Positions 49,538 through 62,960 of a stretch of 64,000 nucleotides of DNA are shown piece by piece (position 1 is the stretch's first letter; each line of letters begins with the position of its first letter). A program made the position numbers and the translations under genes. The DNA is from Laetmonice hystrix (lineage: Eukaryota). Location: NCBI GenBank assembly GCA_965235115.1, contig OZ249436.1, positions 44,704,001 to 44,768,000 of the forward strand. The letters run 5' to 3'. A model generated the notes under the pieces. That model made no database searches. It was given only the letters and a program-made list of their open reading frames with translations, and was not told the origin of the DNA.

Positions 49538-50532
49538 TCGTCAGCCTAGATGTCGGCAGTTCCATCATGGTCGTAGAGTCCGGCAGGCAGTATGGAGAGC
49601 AACAATGCGGCCCTTTCTTCCTTCGTCCATCCCCTAATTTCCTCTCTTAATATGTGTTGTTACATGATTCTACTAGTAAGCTCCTTATTATATCTCTGTC
49701 TATCCTTCGTACAAATGGCCTCCTGTCAGTCCATTGCCAGGTACTCGCCAGCTGTGTGTCAGCTCTTTGCCGCTAGGTGGCACCTCCATGATAGAGGGCG
49801 CATTGAGAGGTCGTATATTTTCATCTCACATCTTTGTACTTCCGCGTTATTTGTTTATAAAATTAATTCCAAATCTGAAGTACGGAAGATTAGTGCGTAA
49901 AACCACTCTTAAATATCATACGCACCTCTAAAAGGCCTCCTCCCAACACTGACATAGGCCTAATAGGCCTCTTTAGATATCCTGTCTGGAAGTGTGCCTC
50001 TGTGTATAGACACGGTGAAGGTCACCACCAGGGAGTCACTATATAAGCAAAACCGGGACATCAAGAATTAGACAAGTTTAAAAGAGCAAATCAATCAAAC
50101 ATAAATCATCCAATGTTTTTTCTAAAACACTTTTTCTGATAACATCCATTGGGAAACCCGACATTTCTCAATTCCGCAGAATTCCGCACAATTAAAAAGG
50201 CACCGCTCCTCCCTAAAGGAAGGAGCGGAATTCTGAAATGTCGAGTTTCCAGTTTAATACAACGATCCGATCTCTTCTCTTTCATGTGGAATGGGAATTT
50301 TTTTCTTGTGCTTTTTTTCAACATCTTGCACGGTTGTGTGTGTCTTTTAGGTAGTTGTAAGGCAATACTCATAACTCCCTGAGTTTTGAAATATCTTGGA
50401 GAATCATGTAACAATACAAATTGAGAGAGGAAAGTAGGGGATGGACGAAGGAAGAAAGGGTCGGATTTTGCTCTCCATATTGCCTGCCAGACTCTCCGGC
50501 CATGATGGAACTGCCGACATCTAGGCGGACGA
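49538..50532. mobile_element. ~1-kb segment bounded by ~133-bp diverged inverted repeats
   Basis: 49538-49671 (TCGTCAGCCTAGATGTCGGCAGTTCCATCATGG...GTTACATGATTCT) is the reverse complement of 50400-50532 with scattered mismatches. Confidence 0.6.
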
Positions 50533-50536
50533 TATA

Positions 50537-50850
50537 TGGGCAATTAAATCTGAACCTTGGCCCAATGGCTGGGCAATTCAGTCTGAGCCTTGGTCCAATG
50601 GCCGAGCGATTAAATCTGAGCCTTGGTCCAGTGGCTGGGCAATTCAGTCTGAGCCTTGGTCCAATGGCCGAGCAATTAAATCTGAGCCTTGGTCCAATGG
50701 TCGGGCAATTAAATTGAGTCTTGGCATGGCCCAATGGCCGGGCAATTAAATCTGAGCCTTGGTACATGCAGTGGAGAGGCAATTACAACTGAGCTTTGGT
50801 ACAGTGGCCGGCCAATTACAGCTGAGTCTTGTTACAGTGGTTGTGCAATT
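50537..50850. repeat. 33-bp degenerate minisatellite
   Basis: Unit GGGCAATTAAATCTGAGCCTTGGTCCAATGGCC, decaying rightwards. Confidence 0.9.
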
Positions 50851-53434
50851 ATAGTATGAGAGGCCGCATTGCATCACTTGGCAGTATCTTCAGCCACGGT
50901 ACAGTAGACGAGCATTGAGATCGGAACCTTATGCCGACCGGCGTAAAATCTCGACTACTCACTATACATATTAGGTTTGTATAGGTATCCAAGATCTACA
51001 TTTACAACAAGCTATATGACAGATAAACTATCATTTACACGATACCTTAATGTACATCATCCTCGCTAGAGCCATATTGTGTGAGAGTCCTGAAACCCTT
51101 TTTGAGAAGGTAGGCCTAACCAAATCTATAGGGGTTTTACCAAAGTGCAGCTTTGCAGACTCGCACACAGAAAGAAGGCCTTTACAAACAACCACGCTCA
51201 GTGTGGGGGCAATATCAGACTGAAAGGTTGGAGAACTGTATTATTGGGTTGTTTCACAAAACCATGATTTAATTAGTTATATCTATTTCTGTGAGAAGCA
51301 ACATGTAAGAGGTTAGGTTATAAACGTACAGTGATCTGATACCATAATCCGTCTAATTAGACTTCACCCATGATGCATTTCTGCATCCCTCTTCTCCCTC
51401 GCTTCGCTACATCTCGCCAAACCTACAACTGGAATCCACCACCCACCCCACATCTTCCACATCTTTGTCTGGGTCGGTTTCTCCAGACGGACAGACTAAC
51501 CCGTCATGTGATTAGTGTATACTATCTATCCCTCATTTCACGGGTAGACTTAATTTTCAACCTACACAAACCCTCACGAGTTATCATTGGTGTATCCAGA
51601 GAACTTTGTTTCTGGACCCTAGTGTGACGGAAAAACTCCTAATCTCGGGACGATCCGGTTATTCCTCAATGTCATATTACAACCGGTACATCACACACTT
51701 TTAACATAGTTAATATCACGTCCCGAGAATTTATCACTACATTGTCTAACCACAAGTTGGTCAAAAAGAATTAAAATATTTTAATACATCCCAGCTCGGT
51801 CTCTGTCTCTTCCTTACATGTAAAGACGCCGTAACAGAAATGTACTTCAAGGGTCTCATAAGTGTACTAATATGCACAACTTACCTTATTGATACCATCA
51901 GAGGGTGATGACCGTTTATGTCAAGCCTTGGGCCGAGCAGGGAACCCGTTTTTAGGTCAAAACACCAGCAAATATACTGCAGCGGAAGGTAACGCCTGAA
52001 CCGTTCGAATCAGAAAATGCTGAAACAAAAACAAATTACGGACTTCAGCTCAATTGGAACTCAGAATTAACTAAATAAAGCGAAATTGCTACAACTCACA
52101 ATCAGATTGGCCTACGTGTGACTTATCATTCCCGTCCAAATCAAGATTTGACAACTATAGGCTGTTAGATACATCCAATGCCTACCCATGAACACTTTTG
52201 TCGAGCACTTTGTCGAACTCACCTGGTTCTGAGATCACTAAACATCTGCGGCGCCATCTATGGAGAAAACATTGAACAAAAGAACGTGATGTTTTGTAGA
52301 TTAAGCGTGGAAATAGAGGATGAATTTATATACCATTCGGTGGGGTTGTAATTTATGACGTAGGAGATATTTTCTTTGGTTGGTGACTATTTCAATGACG
52401 ACTACGACCATCGCTACACACAGATTCGATCTGCAACCTCACGTTGTAGTCTTTTTACATTTTGCGATGTGTCATTGATTTCATCACCACCGCTTTCGGA
52501 ATAATATTAATTCAACCGGCTTATAAAAACTATACACGTGTCCATATAAAGATCTTTCACACTCGTGAGCTTGTACGTACCTTTCCTGAAACAAATATAC
52601 ACAATGCTCGACGTAATTGTGAGAAAGACCGATATTGATGGCCACGAGTTCTACGGTTACACCAAGCCATAAACAGTGTTTCACAGGCTAGAGATCCGAA
52701 AAGGCCCGTTTCTTGAAACATGACTCGGTAATTTGCAAACATTGCATTCTAAAATTCACTTAAATCCCGAAGTTTCAAAATCCGAGCTTTTCCTCGGTTC
52801 AAATTTTGTAGGGGGGGGGGAGTTGGTTGATAGTCTTAGTGCTCAAACTATAGCTGTCCAAATTAGATCTAGGCAATGTTATCAGTATACACACTTGATT
52901 CCATAGTAAACCACCTGCACTTGGGAAAAAGTCACAATACGCCACATAACTGGCTAAATGTGGGCAAAGAGCAAATAATCCATCCAGTTTAGACAACTAT
53001 ACCTGTGCATGGGACAAATATAAGCGATTTTGATAGACCCCCGACACCCACCACCCTTGGTAGTGCTGTCGTAGAGAAATGATGCCCACCTTGATCATCT
53101 TTTCTCCCGCCAACTTCTCCCTACACATTGGGGAACCGCTGGATTTTCATCCATTGTGATGTCATTTATTATGATGCCTGAAGAGACACTAGTCGAAACC
53201 GTGTACTTCACCAAGCAACAAGCTTGGGGTTACGTCATACCGGGTCGTCAACCCTAACTACCCACATGACTACTTGGACATCCACGAGAAACTCTTGTTT
53301 ACCGTGATGTCACCCACCTTAACTGTTTTCAGTATCCTTGGAGATGTTGACAGGTACCTATTTAAGGCCGTTCAAACTGCCAACGGCCACATTTCCGCGG
53401 TAGCATCACAACAACTCACTCTAGCCTCGTATTA

Positions 53435-56400
53435 TACAGGGGCAAAGATAAGATATACTGAAACAGCCTTGCTGGCTGTATCAGTGATCGCCTGTGTATG
53501 GGGGAGAGAAAAAAATCAGACATTTTAAAGGCCTTGAGTATCAGTGTATCAGTGAAAACCTTGGTTGTAAAAGTGATTCACCTGTCCATGGGGCAAAGAT
53601 CAAGAATACACGTAGACCATCTAATTAAAGTATCAATGAATATAGCCGTTTGTCAGCATAAGCAATGGAAACCCGTGATTCGTTCATGAAAACAGTTTGG
53701 TACACACCACTAAAAACCTGCTTACATGCTAAAGCCAGTAAGCAATATAACCTCCGTATGTGCCATTTTGAAATTGGAACTACCTGTAAAGGGGTAAAGA
53801 TCGGACGTTTCACTTGGTTGAATAGGTGAGCCACTTGTGTATGACACAAGTAGATATACGTCACAACATTGTGTAATCAGGATGATTATGTGTGATTGTA
53901 TGTGTCAAAAAAACATTTAGACAGCCTTGGCTGTTTTAGCAAACCACCAGTGTGTTTGGTAAGTTTAAAACATTACACAGCCTGGTCTGTGTTATCAAAC
54001 CACCTGTATATGGGTAAATATATATGAGCCAGCCTTGGATGTATTATTGAAACCACCTGTCACGTGGGTAAAGCCATGACTGTCAAACTGTGAATGGGGT
54101 AGGGCACCACCTGTGAATGGGGTAAAGATTAGATAGATTTGACAGCCTTGGGATGTATTTAACCACGTGTGTATACGTAAAGATCGGTCGACAGTTTTGT
54201 TCATATCACAAGATCACACATTTTGACAGCCTTGGCTGTTTAAGTCAACCACATCGGTAAACCTTGGTTGCACTTTGTGAATCACCTGTGTCTAGGGCAA
54301 AGATCAATGGTCCACAATAAATGCATGTGCACGTCCCGTTACGCCTGCCTGACGCAACTGAGAGATATTAGGGATCTTTGATTATCTCAAAACTGTATCA
54401 AATATGCAACATTTGTAAAACATTCAAAAGTTCCGCACGTTTCACGAAATGAAATAGTCGGAAAATGTACGCGATGGAGAAAAATACCCGAAAGTACGCG
54501 AAATGGCACATAAAATTAACGGTGTTCAGTATTATACCCGTTACTTGCCTAAAGGTAAGCAATGCACCATTTGAACTACTTGTGCATGGGCAAATAACAG
54601 ACACTTGAGACTGAATCACCTGTATCGGGGCAAAGATTGGACATTTGACAGGTGTATCAGAGAACCCCAGAACCACAGAACCTCAGTCAAGATTTCTTTA
54701 AAACAGCCATGGCTGTTTTAGTAAAGCACCTGTGTATGGGTAAAAAAAATATATTACACAGCCTTGGCCGTGTTTTCAAATCACCTGTGTATGGGTAAAT
54801 GTTAATTACATAGCATTGGCCGTGTTTTCAAACCACCTGTGTATGGGTAAAGATTTAATATTACACAGTCTTGGCTGTGTTCTCAAACAACCTTTGTATG
54901 GGCAAAGGTTAAATGTTACACGGCCTTGGCCATGTTAAACTACCTGTGTATGGAGAAATATTAAATATTACACAGCCTTGGCTGTGTTTTCAAACCGCCT
55001 GTGTATGGGTAAAGATTTTATATAACAGCCTTGGCCGTGTTTTCAAATCACCTGTGTATGGGTAAAAATTCAATATTACACAGCCTTGGCCATGTTTTCA
55101 AACCACCTGTGTATGGGTAAAAATTCAATATTACACAGCCTTGGCCATGTTTTCAAACCACCTGTGTATGGGTAAATATTTAATATTACAGCCTTGGCCG
55201 TGTTTTCAAATCACCTGTGTATGGGTAAAAATTCAATATTACACAGCCTTGGCCATGTTTTCAAACCACCTGTGTATGGGTAAAAATTCAATATTACACA
55301 GCCTTGGCCATGTTTTCAAACCACCTGTGTATGGGTAAATATTTAATATTACACAGCCTTGGCTGTGTTTTTAAAACACCTGTGTCTGGGGTAAAGATTA
55401 GAACCCTCTTGTGTATAGGATATATACATTGTTGTCACACTAACTGAATGGTTTAATCCCAACACCTATGTGTAAAACATTCAAAAGTTCCGCACGTTTC
55501 ATGAACTTGTAGTGGGAAAATGTACGCGATGGGAGAAAATACCCCTACGCTAAATGGCCACAGATATGGAATACATGGAACATACAATTGACGGTGTTCA
55601 GTATTATAACCGTTAATTGCCTAAAGGTAAGCAATGCACCCTTTGAACTGCTTGTGCATGGGGCAAAGATCAGACACTTGATACTGTGAATCACCTATAT
55701 CAGGGCAAAGATTGGACATTTGACATCTGTATTAGAGATCCCCATGTGCATGAGGCCAAAAGTAAACGTTGTTGCAACCTGGGCTGTCTCAGACAAGATT
55801 TCCTAAAAGCAGTTTGACATATTTTCAAATCACCTGTGTATTGGTAAAAATCAAATATTACACAGTCCTAGCCGCGTTTTCAAATCACCTGTGTATGGGT
55901 AAAAATTAAATATTACACAGCCTTGGCAGTTTTCAAACCACCTGTGTATGGTTAAAAAAATATTACACAGCCTTGGCCGTGTTTTCAACCACCTGTGTAT
56001 GGGTAAAGATTAAATATTACACAGCCTTGGCCGTCTTTTCAAGCCACCTGTGTATGGTTAAAAAAATATTACACAGCCTTGGCCGTTTTTTCAACCACCT
56101 GTGTATATTGAAAAAAATAAATATTACACAGCCTTGGCCGTCTTTTCAAGTCACCTGTGTATGGGTAAAGCTTGAAAACCTCTGAGTATAGGATGAATAT
56201 ACATTGTCCAACTAACTGAATGGGGTAGTCCCACCACTCGTAGTTCGTCAAGTTTAGATATACAAGGCAGCATTTGCTGTATTGTGAAACCTGTGTATAT
56301 GGTAAGGATTAAATTTATGTACGAAAGAGCCTTGCATGTCTGATGACATTCCTATGTATGGAGTAAAGGAACTACATCAGACAATCTTGGATGTATCATG

Positions 56401-59400
56401 AACCCCCCATGCATTCTCCACCCCAATCTCAGAGTCATCCTTGATCCATATCATAATGTGTAGGAGCACTTGTAAAAATAATGACCACACCTTTTGACAG
56501 CCTGGCCGTCTAAGTGTAAGATCAGATATTTGCAAGCTTGGTTGCACTTTCCAATCACCTGTGTCTAGGGAAAAGAATCAACAATACATGTACAGATTGG
56601 AGGGAAATACGCAGACGCGAATTGGTCTCAAATCTGGAATACATGTCCCAGAAAATGACCCACGTCTGTATGACGTAACTAGATATATGTCGCAACCTTT
56701 TGATATCAGGAGAACCCCCATATAATGTCAGTCAAATTTCTGTTACAGCCTTGGCTGTTTTAGCAAATCACCTGTGCAGGGGTAAAGATACATTAGCCAG
56801 CCTTGTCAAGTGGGTAAAACCACGACTGTCAAACTACCTGTGAATCGGGTAGGACACCACCTGTGAATGAGGTAAATTGTAGCTAGATTTGACAGCCTTG
56901 CATGTATTTAAACCACGTGTGTAGTCTATACGTAAAGCTCGGTCGATTGTTTTGTTCATAATACAAGACCACACATTTTGACAGTCTTAAGTAAACCACA
57001 TCGGTAAAATCAAATTATATTTGGCAACCTTGGTTGCACTTTGTGAATCACCTGTGTCTAGGGCAAAGATCAATGGTCCCCAATAAATGCATGTGCACGT
57101 CCTGTTACGCCTGCCTGACGCAACTGAGAGATATTAGGGATCTTTGATTATCTCAAAACTGTATTAAATATGCAACATTTGTAAAACATCAAAAGTTCCG
57201 CACGTTTCACGAAATGAAATAGTCGGAAAATGTACGCGATGGAGGAAAATACCCGAAAGTACGCGAAATGGCACATAAAATTAACGGTGTTCAGTATTAT
57301 ACCCGTTACTTGCCTAAAAGTAAGCAATGCACCATTTGAACTACTTGTGCATGGGGCAAATATCAGACACTTGAGACTGAATCACCTGTATCGGGGCAAA
57401 GATTGGACATTTGACAGGTGTATCAGAGAACCCCAGAACCACAGAACCTCAGTCAAGATTTCTTTAAAACAGCCATGGCTGTTTTAGTAAACCACCTGTG
57501 TATGGGTAAAAAATAAATATTACACAGCCTCGGCCGTGTTTTCAAATCACCTGTGTATGGGTAAATGTTAATTACACAGCCTTGGCCGTGTTTTTAAACC
57601 ACCTGTGTATGGGTAAAGATTTAATATTACACAGTCTTGGCTGTGTTCTCAAACAACCTTTGTATGGGTAAAGGTTAAATGTTACACGGCCTTGGCCATG
57701 TTAAACTACCTTATGTATGGAGAAATATTATATATTACACAGCCGTGGCTGTGTTTTCAAACCGCCTGTGTATGGGTAAAGATTTTATATTACACAGCCT
57801 TGGCCGTGTTTTCAAACCACCTGTGTATGGGTAAAGATTTAATATCACAGTCTTGGCTGTGTTCTCAAACAACCTATGTATGGGTAAAGATTTGGGCAAA
57901 GAGCCACTAATCCAGTCAGTTGAATATTAGAATACTATACAGCTGTGTGTGGGGCAAAGATCAGACATTTTTATAACTTTGAAACACCTGTATTGGGGCA
58001 AAGATTAGATATACGCGGCCTGGTGGCGTTTTCAAACCACCTGTTTGTGGGTAAAAATTTAATATTACACAGCCTTGGCCGTGTTTTCAAATCACCTGTG
58101 TATGGGTAAAGATTAAATATTCACAGCCTTGGTGTGTTTTCAAACCACCTGTGTATGGGTAAATATTTCATATTACACAGTCTTGGCTGTGTTTTCAAAC
58201 CACCTGTTTGGGGGTAAAAATTCAATATTACACAGCCTTGGCCATGTTTTCAAACCACCTGTGTATGGGTAAATATTTAATATTACACAGCCTTGGCTGT
58301 GTTTTTAAAACACCTGTGTCTGGGGTAAAGTTTTGAACCCTCTTGTGTATAGGATATACATTGTTGTCACACTAACTGAATGGTTTAATCCCAACACCTA
58401 TGTGTAAAACATTCAAAAGTTCCGCACGTTTCATGAACTTATAGTGGGAAAATGTACGCGATGGGAGAAAATACCCCTACGCTAAATGGCCACAGATATG
58501 GAATACATGGAACATACAATTGACCGTTTTCAGTATTATAACCGTTAATTGCCTAAAGGTAAGCAATGCACCCTTTGAACTGCTTGTGCATGGGGCAAAG
58601 ATCAGACACTTGATACTGTGAATCACCTATATCAGGGCAAAGATTGGACATTTGACAGCTGCATTAGAGATCCCCATGTGCATGAGGCCAGAAGTAAACG
58701 TTGTGGCAACCTGGGCTGTCTCAAGACAAGATTTCCTAAAAACAGTTTGCCATATTTTCAAATCACCTGTGTATGGGTAAAAATCAAATATTACGCAGTC
58801 CTAGCCGCGTTTTCAAATCACCTGTGTATGGGTAAAAAATAAATATTACACAGCCTTGGCCGTTTTCAAACCACCTGTGTATGGTTAAAAAAATATTACA
58901 CAGCCTTGGCCGTGTTTTCAACCACCTGTGTGTTGAAAAAAATAATTACACAGCCTTGGCCGTCTTTTCAAGCCACCTGTGTATGGTTAAAAAATATTAC
59001 ACAGCCTTGGCCGTGTTTTCAACCACCTGTGTATATTGAAAAAAATAAATATTACACAACCTTGGCCGTCTTTTCAAGCCACCTGTGTATGGGTAAAGCT
59101 TGGAAAACTAACTGAATGGGGTAGTCCCACCACTCTTAGTTCGTAAAGTTTAGATATACAAGGCAGCATTTGCTGTATTGTGAAACCTGTGTATATGGTA
59201 AAGATTAAATTTATGTACGAAAGAGCCTTGCATGTCTGATGACATTCCTATGTATGGAGTAAAGGAACTACATCAGACAATCTTGGATGTATCATGAACC
59301 CCCCCATGCATTCTCCACCCCAATCTCAGAGTCATCCTTGATCCATATCATAATGTGTAGGAGCACTTGTAAAAATAATGACCGCACCTTTTGACAGCCT

Positions 59401-62400
59401 GGCCGTCTAAGTGTAAGATCAGATATTTGCAAGCTTGGTTGCACTTTCCAATCACCTGTGTCTAGGGAAAAGAATCAACAATACATGTACAGATTGGAGG
59501 GAAATACGCAGACGCGAATTGGTCTCAAATCTGGAATACATGTCCCAGAAAATGACCCACGTCTGTATGACGTAACTAGATATATGTCGAAACCTTTTGA
59601 TATCAGGAGAACCCCCATATAATGTCAGTCAAATTTCTGTTACAGCCTTGGCTGTATTAGCAAATCACCTGTGCAGGGGTAAAGATACATTAGCCAGCCT
59701 TGTCAAGTGGGTAAAACCACGACTGTCATGTCAAGTGGGTAAAACCACGACTGTCAAACTACCTGTGAATCGGGTAGGACACCACGTGTGAATGAGGTAA
59801 ATTGTAGCTAGATTTGACAGCCTTGCATGTATTTAAACCACGTGTGTATACGTAAAGCTCGGTCGATATAGTTTTGTTCATAATACAAGACCACACATTT
59901 TGACAGTCTTAAGTAAACCACATCGGTAAAATCAAATTATATTTGGCAACCTTGGTTGCACTTTGTGAATCACCTGTGTCTAGGGCAAAGATCAATGGTC
60001 CCCAATAAATGCATGTGCACGTCCTGTTACGCCTGCCTGACGCAACTGAGAGATATTAGGGATCTCTGATTATCTCAAAACTGTATCAAATATGCAACAT
60101 TTGTAAAACATTCAAAAGTTCCGCACGTTTCACGAAATGAAATAGTCGGAAAATGTACGCGATGGAGGAAAATACCCGAAAGTACGCGAAATGGCACATA
60201 AAATTAACGGTGTTCAGTATTATACCCGTTACTTGCCTAAAGGTAAGCAATGCACCATTTGAACTACTTGTGCATGGGGCAAAAATCAGACACTTGAGAC
60301 TGAATCAGTTGTATCGGACAAAGATTGGACATTTGACAGGTGTATCAGAGAATCACAGAACCTCAGTCAAGATTTCTTTAAAACAGCCTTAGCTGTTTTA
60401 GTAAACCACCTGTGTATGGGTAAAAAATAAATATTACACAGCCTTGGCCGTGTTTTCAAATCGCCTGTGTATGCGTAAATGTTAATTACACAGCATTGGC
60501 CGTGTTTTCAAACCACCTGTGTATGGGTAAAGATATAATATTACACAGCCTTGGCTGTGTTTTCAAACCGCCTGTCTATGGGTAAAGATTAAATATTACA
60601 CAGCCTTGGCCGCCTTTTCAAGCCACCTGTGTATGGTTAAAAAAATATTACACAGCCTTGGTTTTCAACCACCTGTGTATTGAAAAAAATAAATATTACA
60701 CAGTCTTGGCCGTCTTTTCAAGCCACCTGTGTATGGGTAAAGCTTGGAAACCTCCTGAGTATAGGATGAATATACATTGTCCAACTAACTGAATGGGGTA
60801 GTCCCACCACTCTTAGTTCGTAAAGTTTAGATATACAAGGCAGCATTTGCTGTATTGTGAAACCTGTGTATATGGTAACGATTAAATTTATGTACGAAAG
60901 AGCCTTGCATGTCTGATGACATTCCTATGTATGGAGTAAAGGAACTACATCAGACAATCTTGGATGTATCATGAACCCCCCATGCATTCTCCACTCTCAA
61001 GAGTCATCCTTGATCCATATCATAATGTGTAGGAGCACTTGTAAAAATAATGACCGCACCTTTTGACAGCCTGGCTGTCGAAGTGTAAGATCAGATATTT
61101 GCAAGCTTGGTTGCACTTTCCAATCACCTGTGTCTAGGGAAAAGAATCAACAATACATGTACAGATTGGAGGGAAATACGAAGATGCGAATTGGTCTCAA
61201 ATCTGGAATACATGTCCCAGAAAATGACCCACGTCTGTATGACGTAACTAGATATATGTCGCAACCTTTTGATATCAGGAGAACCCCCATATAATGTCAG
61301 TCAAATTTCTGTTACAGCCTTGGCTGTTTTAGCAAATCACCTGTGCAGGGGTAAAGATACATTAGCCAGCCTTGTCAAGTGGGTAAAACCACGACTTTCA
61401 TGTCAAGTGGGTAAAACCACGACTGTCAAACTACCTGTGAATCGGGTAGGACACCACGTGTGAATGAGGTAAATTGTAGCTAGATTTGACAGCCTTGCAT
61501 GTATTTAAACCACGTGTGTATACGTAAAGCTCGGTCGATAGTTTTGTTCATAATACAAGACCACACATTTTGACAGTCTTAAGTAAACCACATCGGTAAA
61601 ATCAAATTATATTTGGCAACCTTGGTTTCACTTTGTGAATCACCTGTGTCTAGGGCAAAGATCAATGGTCCCCAATAAATGCATGTGCACGTCCTGTTAC
61701 GCCTGCCTGACGCAACTGAGAGATATTAGGGATCTTTGATTATCTCAAAACTGTATCAAATATGCAATATTTGTAAAACATTCAAAAGTTCCACACGTTT
61801 CACGAAATGAAATAGTCGGAAAATGTACGCGATGGAGGAAAATACCCGTACGCGAAATGGCACATAAAATTTAATATTACACAGTCTTGGCTGTGTTCTC
61901 AAACAACCTTTGTATGGGTAAAGGTTAAATGTTACACGGCCTTGGCCATGTTAAACTACCTGTGTATGGAGATATATTAAATATTACACAGCCTTGGCTT
62001 TGTTTTCAAACCGCCTGTGTATGGGTAAATATTTAATATTATACAGCCTTGGCCGCGTTTTCAAATCACCTGTGTATGGGGTAAAGATTAGAAACCTGTA
62101 CATGTATAGGATATATATATCCTATACATTGTTTCACGCCAACTGAATGGGGTAGTCCCACCACCTGTGTTTTTCGGACAGTTTAGATATCCAAGACAGC
62201 ATTTCCTGTATTGTAAAACCACCTGTGTGTATGGTAAAGATTAAATTTATGTATGAGACAGCCTTGGCTGTGGGATGACATTCTCTATGTAACTATATCA
62301 CGCAATCTTGGATGTATTATGAAACCATCTGTATGTGGAAAACAATTCACAGCCTTGGCTCGTCAGTGAATCAGTGAACCAATGTGTATAGGTCAAACAA

Positions 62401-62960
62401 TATATTACCAGATTTAACATAGGATAAAGTGACAAAATTAATTCTACTGAAAAAAACCCCATGTACTCCACCTCAGTCATTCTTGATACATATCATATGT
62501 GTTTGGACAATGGCTCATTGCATATATTTGTAGGTACAAATGGTTGTTGAATATGAGGCACTAAAACAATGAGAAAAGAAAAATAATTAATATGCATATT
62601 ACACAGAACAAGAATTAACGTTACTTTTGCGAGATGGAAACTGAGGGTTTTGAGAAATCCATCTGTGATCCTCTTATAACTGTAGGTCAACTATACAGAC
62701 ATTTTGCCAGCATCCACAAAACCCGCGAAACATTAGTTATATTCGCAAAAAATACGCGATTGGGGGAAAATACGCGGATGTGAAATGGCCTAAAATCTGG
62801 AATACGTGTCCCAGAAAAGTATCGGCCAGAAATGTATTGTAGCGTTACTGTCAGCAGGTAGGCAAGGTAGTCCTGCCACGTTGATCTTTGAATTACTGTA
62901 CCTGTGCATGGGACAAAGATGACATTTGAAACTGAATCACCTGTAGAGGGTAAAGAATGG
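53435..62960. repeat. Complex higher-order satellite: ~55-bp monomer inside 1.7-2.9-kb tandem blocks
   Basis: Monomer CAGCCTTGGCCGTGTTTTCAAACCACCTGTGTATGGGTAAAGATTTAATATTACA. The landmark AAAGTTCC(G/A)CACGTTTCACGAAATG recurs at ~54427, 57192, 60115 and 61785. Array edges are degenerate, so boundaries are approximate. Confidence 0.93.

Noticed and set aside
57230..61463. Recurrent near-identical short ORFs (MYAMEENTRKY..., MISGEPPYNV...)
   Set aside because: They recur only because of the kb-scale tandem blocks; other copies are frameshifted or truncated and show no domain similarity.
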